Source: Ascidiella aspersa (lineage: Eukaryota). Taken from it: a DNA stretch of 64,000 nucleotides. A model generated the notes under the pieces. The model saw only the letters and a list, made by a program, of their open reading frames with translations, was not told where the DNA came from and ran no database searches. The position numbers and the translations under genes are program-made. This document shows, in pieces, positions 38,035 through 50,967 of this stretch (the first letter of the stretch is position 1; each line of letters opens with the position of its first letter). Location: contig OZ004608.1 of the NCBI GenBank assembly GCA_963924565.1, forward strand, positions 10,788,001 through 10,852,000, written 5' to 3'.

Positions 38035-41000
38035 ATGCCAACACTTGGAATGCAAAACGGTAAGCTGGTACTAAGTTGTTGTACATCGTTCATAAATATA
38101 AACTGCACAATTTAAAAATGCGAAAAAAAACATTAGAGTAATTGTAACAAGCATCAAACGTATAGTACAGTATAGTATAGTAGGCTACATAGGAGAAATG
38201 TCCGATACTTGGCATTGTATTCTGATGCCCAATAATTTGAGCCTGTACGGCCATCCGATCAACTACTAGGTAGGTGATGTCATGAATACGGAATTGTAGG
38301 CAATAAAGATGTTATGCTTTTCGGTTTATTGGGCCCAAATTTCCTTTAGCTTAGAAAGCTTATATATTTTCGAGTTTAACTTAACAATACTTAATGCATG
38401 AATTAATTCAGTAATATGGGGTCGATGCCACCTTAGTATCGGATTAGTGTCGCGTGAGTCAAGTTAAATGCAAAGGTCTTGTGAAATCTTGTAAATTAAA
38501 AAAAACACACGAAACCTGATGAGCGCGCCGCACAGGAAACGTTTTACAGTGATTACAGTAAACTGGCGCTTAGGTATATGTTACACATTGTATTTCCAAA
38601 ATACATAAATAAAAATATATTTGAATGAAACTAAAAAATTCTAGAAAAACAAAAATTTGTTTACACCTTCAAAGTATGGGATCTAACCGTGTGAAAGTTT
38701 TCTGCTTTGTGCAAGTTATATTTATAAACATACTAACAAGGTGTCAAAATATTAGCTATAGTCATGGGTAAGGTTTAGGAGTGACCCTAATAAATATATT
38801 CGTACTGGGTATATCTACATTAAAAAGTTATAGGTCACATGTTATAGCAGTACCCTAGTATTTTCTGAAGTTTTTAAGACTTTATTATTAGCAATTGCAT
38901 TACAGTTGGTCGGCCAGGGTCAGGGCTGGCAATTCTTCCGGACCGCGACGCAATCCAACCTCGTGTTGTCACGGCCCGCCGCCAGCTGCTTGCCAAAACA
39001 CGGTGCAGGGGAGAATTCAGGGGCCGAGTACTTGGGTCGAGGCTGAGCCACAACTTTATAGCCACGCTCTTGAGCTGCGATAACCAGCAGCTGCAGCAGC
39101 AACAGGCGGCTGGGGTTTCCTCGCGAAGCTGCGGAAGTCCGAACGTGGTGATCGCTGCGTACGGCACTCAAGCGAAGCTGCACCAGTACCCGTGAGTGCG
39201 TGTGTGTGGGGCGATCAATGGGTGCTCTCCGATAGGGCGAAAACTAGAGTATGGTCTAGAATCCTACCACAGCGTTGGAACAATTAATAAAGCAACGCAC
39301 AGTATTTGGGTTAGGGTGTCAGTTAGGGTGTGGGTGAGGGTGGGTCAAGTATTATTATTTAATAATATTGCTTAACCTACCCAAATAATAAGCATTGTGG
39401 TCGGATTCTACACCAGCGCCCGAAAACTTTCGGTTCACTCACAACCCTTAGTTAAATTTAGGCTTTTGACCTGTTGAGTCATCCAAAAAACTTGACATTT
39501 AAATTTCATGTTGTGCCTAAAACGACTTAACTTTGAAAATCACGTATGTTTGGTATTTTTAAAGTTCAAAATTTATTGAATGGATGAAAAAAAATACATA
39601 CAGTTATTTATGGCGAGAAGTGCACTTTTAACAGAGACCTATCATTTATCGTAAAAAATAAACTGCACCGTATATCTCCTATTTCATTCGGCGTTGCTTT
39701 GACATTTAGCTGAACTACGCCTAAAATTAGGCCAATCGATTGCAAGACCACGAATTGGCCTTTTACAACCCCCAAAAGCCCAAAAAGATGCACAAAATTG
39801 TCTCAAGATTATTAAAGCCTATACCCTTCGTATAAATTGATCACTTTAATGTCGCAGATCACGACCGAAATCAGCAGATCCAGCAACCTGTGGCAATTAC
39901 AGCCGCCGACGTGCGGGAGATATTTGGGAGCAACACCGCAGACGCACCCTGTTATTACGTCACAATCAGAAGATCGACAGCCGACCCAGCACCGCTCGTT
40001 CTGGCGCCACCTCGAGGCGCTCGTTGCCGACAATCCGCCGGGTGGCGCTGACGCTCAACTTAGTTACCGGCGTATCGACCGACGATCTGCTTCATGGAAC
40101 CTGTTTTGAGAACGTGTCCACCACGACAAAGGGTGTGTACAAATCGATAACCATCTGTGTGTAGCTTATATTCACACATGTCGTTTGTCTATTATACTCT
40201 TACGCATCGCGGCATTAACTAATATTTGCCATATGGATATATTATAGATTCAGTCTGTTTTTTAGAAAGCGATCCGATAAACTGAAAATGAATTGTTAGC
40301 CGTATATACCTGTCTGAAAGCGTATAATTAAACAATTTCTTGACATCGTATACAATTAAATGATTTTCCGTGGCCTGTATAATTCGTTGTACTTCGATGT
40401 AAATTAAAAATATAAATTCTATTTTCTTCAGGTCTAAATATCTGTCGGCGAAATACTCTAAATTCTAAAACAATATGATGAAACCTGACGCTCTGGTGAA
40501 TCGTTTTGATTTTCCAAGGGCGTCGCACAATGATAACTTTTCTTATTCAAACTTAATTTTACCCCTTGATATGTACAAAGTAAACTACATTGTTACGAAA
40601 AAATACAGTAATTAAATATGATTTTCCGAAACAAAAATAATGAATTGACTTGTGATTTGGTGAAACTTAGTGACATTGCCATCCACCCCTGGGTGTGTCG
40701 CAAGTCTAACAAACTTTTCGAAAAGCGTCGCAAGAAAAAAATTTAAAAACCACTGATTTAGGGTAGGCCTACGACATTCCAAGAGTTTTTTTGTCATTCA
40801 CTTGCTAAAACGATCACACTCATCCCATTGAACTCCGAGCCAAGTGGCTTGCCTGCGAAACAACCACTATACATTTTTTTGCTTTTCTTACTTTTACTTT
40901 AGAGACATCTGTCACCGACAAGCCGAATTGCACAAAACACGTTGAAAAGGAAAAATCCAAAATCGATTTAAGAAAAAACGACCATAATCATTCAGCGATA

Positions 41001-43064
41001 CCGAAAATCAAGAAAATCGAAAAGTGCAGTATTGAAAAAGCAGGCAGGTTTTACGATTACTTTTGGCTTTAATTGTTTTATTATATTGATCACAGTGTAG
41101 TAGCCTACAAGTTCCATATATGTAGATAATTTAAATACATAAGAGCGTGACTGTGAAGCATTAGAAAGTAGGCTACTTGAAAAGTAAAAAGAGGATTAAC
41201 AAGGTACTGTTATTTATAAACTAACATAGGACGATATTTATAAAAAAATGTATACTTTAAAAAAATAATACGTATCACTCAACTTTTGTGATATCCGAAG
41301 GGCAAGGGGCGGATCTAGGGGGGCACGTGGTCATGGCCCAAATTCTTTTGCCTGTTTTGTATAACGTTTTTAGGCCAAAGGCGTTCTGCGTCCCATCGCA
41401 TCCTCTAAAACAGGGGTACGCAAACAGGGGGTCGCGACCCAAATTGGGTTGCGGGACCATCCAGTTTGGGTCGCGAAAGCCTTAATATATTTAAATAGCG
41501 GCCTATAGTTGGTAAGTTTTTTAATTGTATCCTATTGTACACTGAATTATATACAAGAGGGCCGTCTTACTTTAAGCGCGAGTAGAATTGTCACGCGAAA
41601 TATATACACCGAGACCGTTTAAAATGTCGTGGGACCTTATTTCGTACCAGGTGATGGGATAGAGCGTTTGTAATCCAACACTATTTTGGCCATTACCACA
41701 CCAAACTGATCTGCTGAGCCGGAATCTGGGTTTACTTCCTAGTATGTGTTTTTAAAAATCCTTCTTTAACCAAAGCGTCCTGAGCACGTATAGTTTTCTT
41801 AAAGCTAAAATATGCAAACTTACCAGTTAAGGAATTTTTTTTCTTAACGCGATATGCATGAGCATTTTTGTCTCAATTAGTTTTAAAATTCTTGCTAACA
41901 TAAACTGTTTGACCGGGTTATGCAGTTTTTCTCGAACTTCAACGATATAAACGAGCTGTTATAAGATGCTTAACGCGAATCTTTATGTTTGCGGAAATAT
42001 TGTTTTTGTGTGGTCAAGCGTCATTCATATTTTTAAATGAAAAGTTTTGCTAACTAAAACCAGATGCAGGCAATCTGGTTGAAAAAATTATTTGCGGACC
42101 CCTGCTCTAAAATGAAAGTTTTAGCAGCGATATTAAGGCGTTTTTTTTATTCACGAGAATCATTTCCATTTTGCAATCCATAGCTATTCTACTAAATGTA
42201 ACACCTCTGCAAGCCTAAACTTCTACAAAATAAAAAAAAACTGTGAGTCGTTTTTAAGGATACGTCTCCATGACGTCACGTTAAGATGTAACTCTGTGAC
42301 GTCGCGATTTGACGCAACTTTGTGATGTCACGTCTAAAAAACAATTATGCCCCCTCCCCAAACAAATATCCTCGATCCGCGCCTACCAAGGCCACACATT
42401 AGTTTGGTAACGAAGACTTTTGCAACATTATTTGCGAAAAACAAAACTAAAGTCAAATTAAAAGAAGATGCAGGGATATGTCCTATTTGTGATCAGGCAT
42501 ATAAAAACTCTCACAGAGCTACTGTGATTAAAGTTAGAAAAAAGTGCGATCATAAAGGGAAAAAATGCGATCATAAAGGTTTTCTGGTCATATTCCCCCA
42601 AACTTTGGCGCATTTACTTTTCTTCCTTGTTTTACTGCATAGCCTACCACTGGCGGACTAAATTGTACAACGTTTGTATTTTATGTTTAGCTCGTCAACA
42701 AAACCGAGTGGTATCGCACGTTGAGGAGAAACCTCCTATATGACAATCATCAAGGCCGCAAGCGTCCAAGAAGCCGGCCTGTAAACCATTGACGTCAATA
42801 GAAACTATAACATGCCTTTTGGAAAACAACACAACCATTACGAAATCGCTGGTTGACACAAAAACGAGAACAAAATCATCCGAAAAGGTTGTTAATAAAA
42901 CAGAGGTTCGGTGCCTTACTCGACAAGCTTTGCAAAAATTTGATAAAGAAATGCATATGGGAGAAGATCATATTGGCTATGGCGACCAAGCGTTAATTTG
43001 GAAATGGCTGGAGGAATTGCACAGCAGTCCGCCACCAGACTGGCCCGCACCGGTCGCCGACTGA
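38035..43064 (+). CDS. Uncharacterised basic protein; last exon has an in-frame TGA (read-through, nonsense allele or early pseudogene)
   Basis: Phase-compatible exons 38035-38059, 38906-39191, 39858-40132, 40903-41047, 42403-42578, 42691-43064. SRPKSA/SRPSTAR and CPIC motifs. TGA at 42741-42743; final TGA at 43062-43064; AATAAA at 43082. Confidence 0.55.
39246..39420. mobile_element. Short member of the GGCGCTGGTCTA-TIR family
   Basis: TGGTCTAGAATCCTACCACA / TGTGGTCGGATTCTACACCAGCGCC, flanked by the direct repeat CGAAAACT. Confidence 0.7.
41304..42385. mobile_element. Older DNA-transposon relic hosting a nested MITE
   Basis: Imperfect TIRs AGGGGCGGATCTAG / CTCGATCCGCGCCT; flanks CGAAGGGC / CCAAGGCC match at 6 of 8 positions. 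Confidence 0.6.
41411..42104. mobile_element. hAT-type MITE nested in the 41304-42385 element
   Basis: TIRs CAGGGGTACGCAAA / TTTGCGGACCCCTG, perfect TSD CTCTAAAA. Confidence 0.9.
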
Positions 43065-43455
43065 TAAACACAAATTGATTTAATAAAATTTCTTTATTAG
43101 AAACTATCCAAGTTTAAAATTATAACATAACTTAATTGCAAAACAGCAAATCCATATTGTTTTTGTTTTGAAGTGCGTTTCGTTTTTTATGGTAGTTTTT
43201 AAGAGAGCAGCTTCGGGGTTTTACCGAAATGAAAACCAATTAATGTTTACTTTTTTGCAGTAAACTGGCTTACGAAGAAATATTATATCTTATTTTGTAC
43301 ATTTATTTCATGTTTAACCTTTCCACATTTAAGATTTACATCATGCGATTAAAGTCATATCGTATTAATCTGAAAAATAGTTTATATGAATATTAAAATA
43401 AGGATTTTTCTTGTATTTTGTAAATTTATTTGCTTATACAATACTATGATATCAC

Positions 43456-44269
43456 TAGGGCCATTATTTTTTGACTTATTAAAAAAAGTCAAAATTTTGT
43501 CAAATTTATACGTTAGGTCGGAATTTGTCCAAAATATTTTTACTTCAAATACCTCAAGTCAAAATGAATTAAAAATGCACATAAATCGTTTACAAAATTA
43601 AAATAACTATAATCAGCTTTTGAAATTGTTGTTTAGGTAAATTTCTTTAAAAAAAGTTTTGAGTAATATTCAGCGATATTTTAACTGTATTTTTTCTTTA
43701 TTAGGGCAATATATGGTATACGCGAGCTTGTAGAATTAACCACCCAAGCCTGATTTATCACATTTGGTTCAGCTGAACTTCTATTTTGTATTATATAGTT
43801 GTGGTCTTGTGGATCTCTGATTTAGACAAATGTTTTGAACAGTATTTGCTGTCATTTGTCGCTTGTGATTTGCAATTATCTTATTTCCTTTTTCTATAAC
43901 TATAGGTCTTTGTTAATTTTCTGCAATTAGTTTTATGTTGTATTTTAGCTGTTTATACAATATTTTCCAAAATAACCATCGTTTTGTTTTTTTGGCATTT
44001 TTAGAGTTGTTTGTCTTTTTGAAATAACTAAAATATTTGTTTAGAGTTTTGCACAAAGTCAAAAAAATAACTGATTTGTGTTTGACCGGTAGTCAGTAAA
44101 ACATCTAAAACGTGTGGTTGAGGACAATAAGGCAGTACTTCAAACAACAAATTGCGTTTAATTTAATACATTTCTAATAAGTCAAAATTTTGTCAAAAAA
44201 TATTTTTTAGGTCAAAATTTTAATTTTTTATGTAAATTTCTCATATTTTGGTCAAAAATAATCGCCCTA
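43456..44269. mobile_element. hAT-type non-autonomous element with GTCAAAA subterminal repeats
   Basis: TIRs TAGGGCCATTATTTTT / AAAAATAATCGCCCTA, TSD GATATCAC / GAAATCAC (7 of 8). A partial relative starts at 62438. Confidence 0.82.
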
Positions 44270-46381
44270 GAAATCACCCGTATCCAACTCACCAGACAAG
44301 ATATTACACTTTTACGAAAAACAAATTATGTCAATTATTCATAAAGTGTGATACACTATTATTTAAATTAGTATTTATCAATTTCTTAATTTTTTATTCC
44401 TAGAAGCACTTAAATTAATGATTTCCCACAACGATTTGAACAATTGTATTTTGTCACTTGGTACAAATAAAGATCGAACCAAATACAAAACTTAGTACCA
44501 GAAAATTGATTTGTTTTGGATTAGTTGTTAACCAGCGTTCAACAAAATTGTTTCGGGAGTTAAGCATGAACACCTTCTTAACCATTAACGTGCCATGAAA
44601 TTACAATTAAATGTAGTAGATTTTTTGCGACTAAGCAAAAATTTGCTATATAAGGAGGGACTTGGAATAGGGTAAAAAGCAGCGTTGTAGATGATATAAA
44701 ATATATTTTAATCCTATTAGCATCATCAGTATCTTAATTTAAATAATTGTTTAAAGCAAAAAAAAATATTGTTTCCAATCTGTCTGTCTTAAATTTGTGT
44801 CATAATATATTTTAGCTTATATTTAAAAAAATGTCTGATATGACTAAAGATATTTAAACAAAACATTTATTAAAATCACTCTGTTTTAAGTTTAAAGAGC
44901 TGTTCTTTTTTTATTTGTATATTTCAATACAAGTTTTTACTTTCTTTCATGTATACTTCCTTTGCTGCAAAATGCTTAAATCAATGCAATATGAATACTA
45001 TTCTATTTTTACAAAAATTCTTGAAAAAAACTCCTATTTGCATATAAATATATATAGATATATATATTATACTTTTGAAATAAAGCAAATGTTCTATTGA
45101 AAGCTGGTTACATAATAATTACTAAATATAGTGGCAAAATTAGGGTGTTTAAAAAGGTCTAATTTCATTTCGTTAGTTGTGTGTTACCTTTTTCTAAATT
45201 AGCATAATGATAAAACCACATCGATAAAAACATATAAAAAATTATGCTGTGTACTTGATAATTTTTTAAGCTTTTAAATTTTTCCTGGTAAATTTTAATG
45301 ATTCGTTATTGTAACAAAAATAGCTCAATTTGTTAATATTGGGCCAATATATATTACTAAGAACTTTAAAATTAATTGACTAAAAACATGTTTGTAAACC
45401 TTCTTGGTCAACTGGTTTCAACCTGTTTTCTTGTATCTTGTGCTGTCCTACATTTAAGGTTAGAACGTTGATCATTTATTGTGATAAGGTTAAATGCCCT
45501 TTAAATAGCATGTATTTTATGATTAACTTCCATACAATGTAAGCTGCAAAAACATCTGTTAAACTAAACTAAAGGTTTAGAAAAGGTAGTAAACCTAGAT
45601 ATTTATAAATCTATATTCCATTCTCCTTGTTCATTCTAAATACTATTACCTTAAATATTGGCTGGTAATTGTCAATTGATTTCTCTTTAGTGCAACATCA
45701 AACCTTTTGATATTGCTTTTATTTGATTATATGAAACATTACACTTTACATTATTATGTCAGGTTGACCTATGCTTATATTATCAGGTCATGTCAACAAG
45801 TTATCTGATTACTGTGATGAAATTTAAGAAGACCACCGTTGTTTGCCTTGTGAAGATATTTTTGTTTGTCCTTTCAATGCGCGGGTCAGTGAGCTCAATG
45901 TAAAGCATCTGTACTTCTCAGCCTCACATAGGTGAAATTCCCCTGCTATTGTACTACTTTCACTTAGAAAGCAAATATCTTATTTCTCAGTCTGCTTTGT
46001 AGGTCTCCTCAATAGTATTCATTTCCATTTAGTGGCTAATCGCAGTATTGCTTTTTGTATTTTTAACATGTTTAGAATTTTGACTATTAACTGTAATTAG
46101 TTCTTATAGGTTGGTCAAAATAAATGTCAGGTTAACAAGTAAAACTCATAGTTAAAAACATGAGTAAAAACAGGATCAGACGTTTTGTTTAAAGGAAAAT
46201 ATATTTCGCCAAAGTGGCATCATCAGTTCCTGTGTCAGGTTAAAGTATGGTTAGTTTTGAAAGACATTGATGATTTTGGTAACATAGCCATTAATGAAAT
46301 TTTTTACACAATTAGTTGTAAAAAAATGTTATATTTGTGAAGATAAAAATGTAATTTTTTTTTACTTTTGGAATATTTTAC

Positions 46382-49300
46382 ATGCCCAAGTTCAACAATA
46401 TGCTCTTTATTATTCTGGCGTTCATTTTGCTTGTTTCTTCAGGTAAGGTTATATAGATATTGCTCAACATATGTTGACCAGTTTTAAGCTCATCATGCAA
46501 ACTGATTTTGAAATAGCTAAGTTCTACATTGACTTCGTAAGCTAATAAACAAATTCACAATTCTAAGTTTTAAACTATTTATATGCATCATGTTATGCCA
46601 CCTTTTGGGTATTAATTTCTAAAGCTTTTAATTACAGGGTATGGCTGTCCATCTGAATCACATATGGAGCAAATAATTTATGAGTATGCCCCAATTGGGT
46701 CTACAGTTTTTGCTTTTACGTCAAATACCTCAAGTGAATACAAACTTGGTGGGGATCTGCCTAATTTTTTTGGAATCCTTAACAACAATGCAACAAATAT
46801 GTCATATGTAGTTGTCCGAACCAACATTACCAGAGATAATTCTACAATCAATGGACCAATATATTGCCTTTTAAGCAATACAACGAAGGTACTTTTTGTG
46901 TAGTTTGTTCAAAAGTGTAGACATTTTTTCAAAATAAAAGTTGCCCCTAGTTTATTGTTTTTTGTAGTTTTGTATCAGACTTAAAATAACATATTTTCTT
47001 GCTGCAGAACATAAGTTTAAATGCAACAGTTTATGTAAACAGCATAAACTTGAGTCCACCTGTATTCGATGATCTGCCAAGTGTAGTAAATGTAAATGAG
47101 GTTAGTTCTTATCAGTTTATTTGTTTTCATTTTATGAGTTTAAATCCTTTAAAACAATTTTGTGCTAGCAACCATTTGCATGCAGGTTTTGAATTTAAAG
47201 TTGTTGATTTTTATTTGTTTTTTTCGGTAATGTCTTTACATTATTGCCAGACATCCATACAAGTCTTATTGCGTCCCATTTAACAAACAATGTAATTTTT
47301 ATTACAGACAGACAAAGTAGGCACAGTGATTTTGTCTGTGTCTGCCAGTGATGCAGATGGCTTCCCCGTTGTGTACAGCTGTCAAGATACAAGTAATGCC
47401 TTCAAACTTGAGGGCAACAAGGTGTATATAGAAATCGCCCTTGACTACAGAAGGCAAAAGAGTCACTTGATCATAATGTGAGTTATCACTGACATGTTGT
47501 ATAAAATGTATATTTATCTATTAGAATTAGTGTTGGAATATTTGGTCGCAAAAATATAAAAGTAATACAAATATTGCAACAAAATAAATTCCAATTCCAA
47601 AAGAAAAAATATATTCAGAGATTAAATACTTCTTGAACGAAAATCTAGACTAATGGAAGCAGAAAGTTGCATTTTTGTATTAATTGACTTAAAAATAAAA
47701 TAATTGCGTAACTGTTTTGCTTTTTTGCTGCCAATCAGGTAATATCTCGTTTTTTTTGACACTAACTGTAGTGTTTTATTTTGTAGAACTGCCACAAGCA
47801 ATGGTTTCAATAACACTGGTGGCACTTGGATTCAAACACAGGTTAATCAGGTCACAGTCGAAGTTCTCAACAATGACTTAAACCCACCTAGCTTTTTCTT
47901 CGCAAATTGCTCTCTGTCAAACAGCTATTGCGGAGTGTATCAGATACAACTGTATACTACCAAACTACAGGTGTCGTGTTAATTGTTTTTTGTTTTGTTT
48001 CTATGTTAAAGATATTTATAAAAATTGAAAAAATAAAATTATAAAAATTATATATACATATAAGTTAAAACGACAACTGTTGAATGGTTTAATCAAATTT
48101 GATAACAGTATCATTTTTGTCTTTTGTATCAACATGCTCTTTATTTTTTTAGAACCTCACTGTTTTGCCAAATGATATAAAAGCTACTGACCTGGATCCA
48201 AACAATGCCAGTATGACCTACCAGTTTGTCTGGGGTAAATTGATATAATCCTTTTTAAGTGTATTGTCTGTTTGCTCAGTTTTTTAAAAAGAAAAAGTAT
48301 TATTGCCTAAAAAAAAAAAATTTTATTGCCTAAAAATTTGTAGTTCAAGTATTTTGTGGAATAAACTTTCCTTACAATCTACTGTTTAGGTGACACAGAG
48401 GATTATGCTTCTTACTTTTTTATCAATCATGAAACTGGGTTAGTATATATGAACCAATCTATTGGCTCGGATCAAAGTTTTTTGATTGTTGTTGAGGCTA
48501 TGGAAAGTTCAGGAAAAACATCCACAGCAAATCTTTATGTAAAAGCTGTTATTATATATTTGTGATGGAAATCTTTTATCATTTCTTTCTTGCTATTTGT
48601 TATCACTTAATCTGTTTAATTCTAATTGTTGAGTAAATATATGATCGGTAATTTCTCACAAAACTCATATTTGGAAAATAGTGTTAAGTAATATATTAGG
48701 ACTATTTGAAACGCTACTGTATAATTTTGTCTAAAATACCGTTGTTTTTGTACAAATTGTGAAATATTTTATTCACTTTTTTAGATTGAAGTACAGGCAA
48801 CTGAAGAGAAGCGTAAGTGTAAAGAGTCGTAAAAAATGCTTACATTTTGTAAGGGTGGCGTCTTTACAATTTAGTGATATATTGTGGGGATGTCTGATTA
48901 TATTTTGGATTGGAGCAAATATCAGATGCCAAGTGGTAGTATTGATACGCATCTGATCTTAGGCAGGTATAGGCTGACCATCCAAACCCAATTAGATATA
49001 ACAATTTTGCGCTATGATTTGCCATCCAAGGCAGCAATGCTACGTTATCGATAATTTAGCAAAAAATATTTGATGAAACGCTGAAGATTGTATCTAATCT
49101 AATACCTTTAAAATATGTTAAATCAATATTTTAAGTAGCGTTGGTAGATTTGTGTAAATTTTCATAAAAAATAAAAGTTTGTAAAATTCTAACCTAATTT
49201 GCCTTAAATATTTGGTTGAATATGAAAGATTGTGTAAACAGCTTCTCATCTTAATCTCTTCCATAATACAAGTTAATTTTTTTGTATTATGAAAGTACAT

Positions 49301-50967
49301 TGGTTTTGGTCATATAGGACTAATATTTTATTCCGCTTTGTAGATTAATAAACTGATAAAATGAAACCTTAATACAGTTCCTCTTTTTCAGTTTATCCTG
49401 AAGTTGTTGTACATGGACTTATTGGTGGATTTGTTTCTTGCTTTGTTATTCTCGGGGCCATCTCTATATGTGCGATAGTCAAACTAAGAAATTCTAATGT
49501 TACAGCAAAAAGTGAACCAGACTTGGTGAGTGGATTTTTAGAGTTTTGATTTCCATGTGAGAAGGTTTGCAATAGCATTTTGGAACAATGAAAAAAAAAT
49601 CAATTGTGTAATATAACTGTTATTTTAGATAACTGTTATTTCAATACCTTAAAAATGATTTTATGCAACTGTTAATGTTTTACCCAAAGTCTTTTAACAG
49701 CTCGCTTTGCATTAACTACAATTAAACAAACTTATTACACCAGTTTGGTCCCGTGGTCATAATTTGCATACTTATCTCTTAATATGCTTTGTATATATCA
49801 TAATTTTGTGTGTTTGTATATTCACAATTACCTTTTGCTTATTTGGATGTATTTTTTATTTTTTAAAGAAACCAGGTTCCCGCTACGTTACCGAAACTGA
49901 AATGCGCAACATTCAAATTGCTGGCAACACACCGCCAGGTAGTATGATATATATTTATATATATATGTTTGTTTATTTAGAAATTAATTTATGTTGTGCT
50001 GATAGTAATCAATTAAAAACAAAATAATTCTGGTAATGTTATTGTACATTTGTAAGGCGACCCGTGATACGGCCAATTTTACGCTCCCTACGATATATCT
50101 GTTTCTGTTAATTTGGACAGATTTTATTTCTGCTATTTTACTATGAAAATATTATATAGCGTTTCCTTGAAATGAACAAATTTCCTAATTTTTAACTTCT
50201 GAAGCTGCCATTGGCTTTCTTTTTCATGGCTGACTTAAAAAAAAGATTGTTTAGTTTACTATGTTAAGAATCTTGCCAAGTTAAATTGAAAAATGATAGT
50301 TTTTTCAATTTAATGGAAAGATAAACTAACTGTAATTTGCATTTTTGTTTCTTTAATTAAAAAAGGTTTTTGTTATCTGGTATCGGTGTTGGCAAATACC
50401 AAAATAGGTGGTTTTTGGTATTGTTTCCAAATGGTGATATTGTTTGATTTTATAAGTATTACTACAGTAAAGCGTTACATTCATTGTAACAATTAGCAGA
50501 TGATTATAATAGTACATAAAATTCTTTCATTAAGAATCATTGTGCTATTGTGCCAATTATCCCTGAATGACACAATTTTATCCATCTTTAACAATAAAGG
50601 TAAAAAATAAAATTGGAAATTAGTTTTTATTTAACATGGCTATTCAACTATTTTTTTTCTTGTATTTTTGTTTTATCTCTTCTCAAGTGACTTTTTGTGC
50701 AGACCAAAGCTTTAACAGCATATATGATGATGTTCAAGGTGAAGTGGAAGAAATTTATGAAGACTTTGACAATGGAAATGATAATGTTATTTACCAAACC
50801 GATATTGCCCAGTATGTGTAAATTATTTTTTTTTTTCAAAATATGTAACTGTGAGAGTACCTTAAAATTAATTTTTTTTTAGTATCACCCAACATTATAT
50901 GTTTTTCAGGCAACAATCTCAAGCTTATGAAGAACCCATACGGAACAATTCTCACAATTTTCACTAA
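46382..50967 (+). CDS. Short cadherin-related receptor (signal peptide, 3 EC domains, TM, tyrosine-motif tail), ~462 aa
   Basis: Exons 46382-46442, 46638-46888, 47008-47100, 47308-47477, 47787-47970, 48153-48234, 48390-48538, 48785-48812, 49392-49525, 49869-49938, 50703-50811, 50910-50967 total 1389 nt in frame. Cadherin motifs VSASDADG, ALDY, IKATDLD, FFINHETG. TM is VVVHGLIGGFVSCFVILGAISICAIV. Confidence 0.85.

Noticed and set aside
45830-46040. Slightly GC-richer stretch that might be a coding remnant on the minus strand
   Set aside because: Frames contain stops and I recognised no motif.
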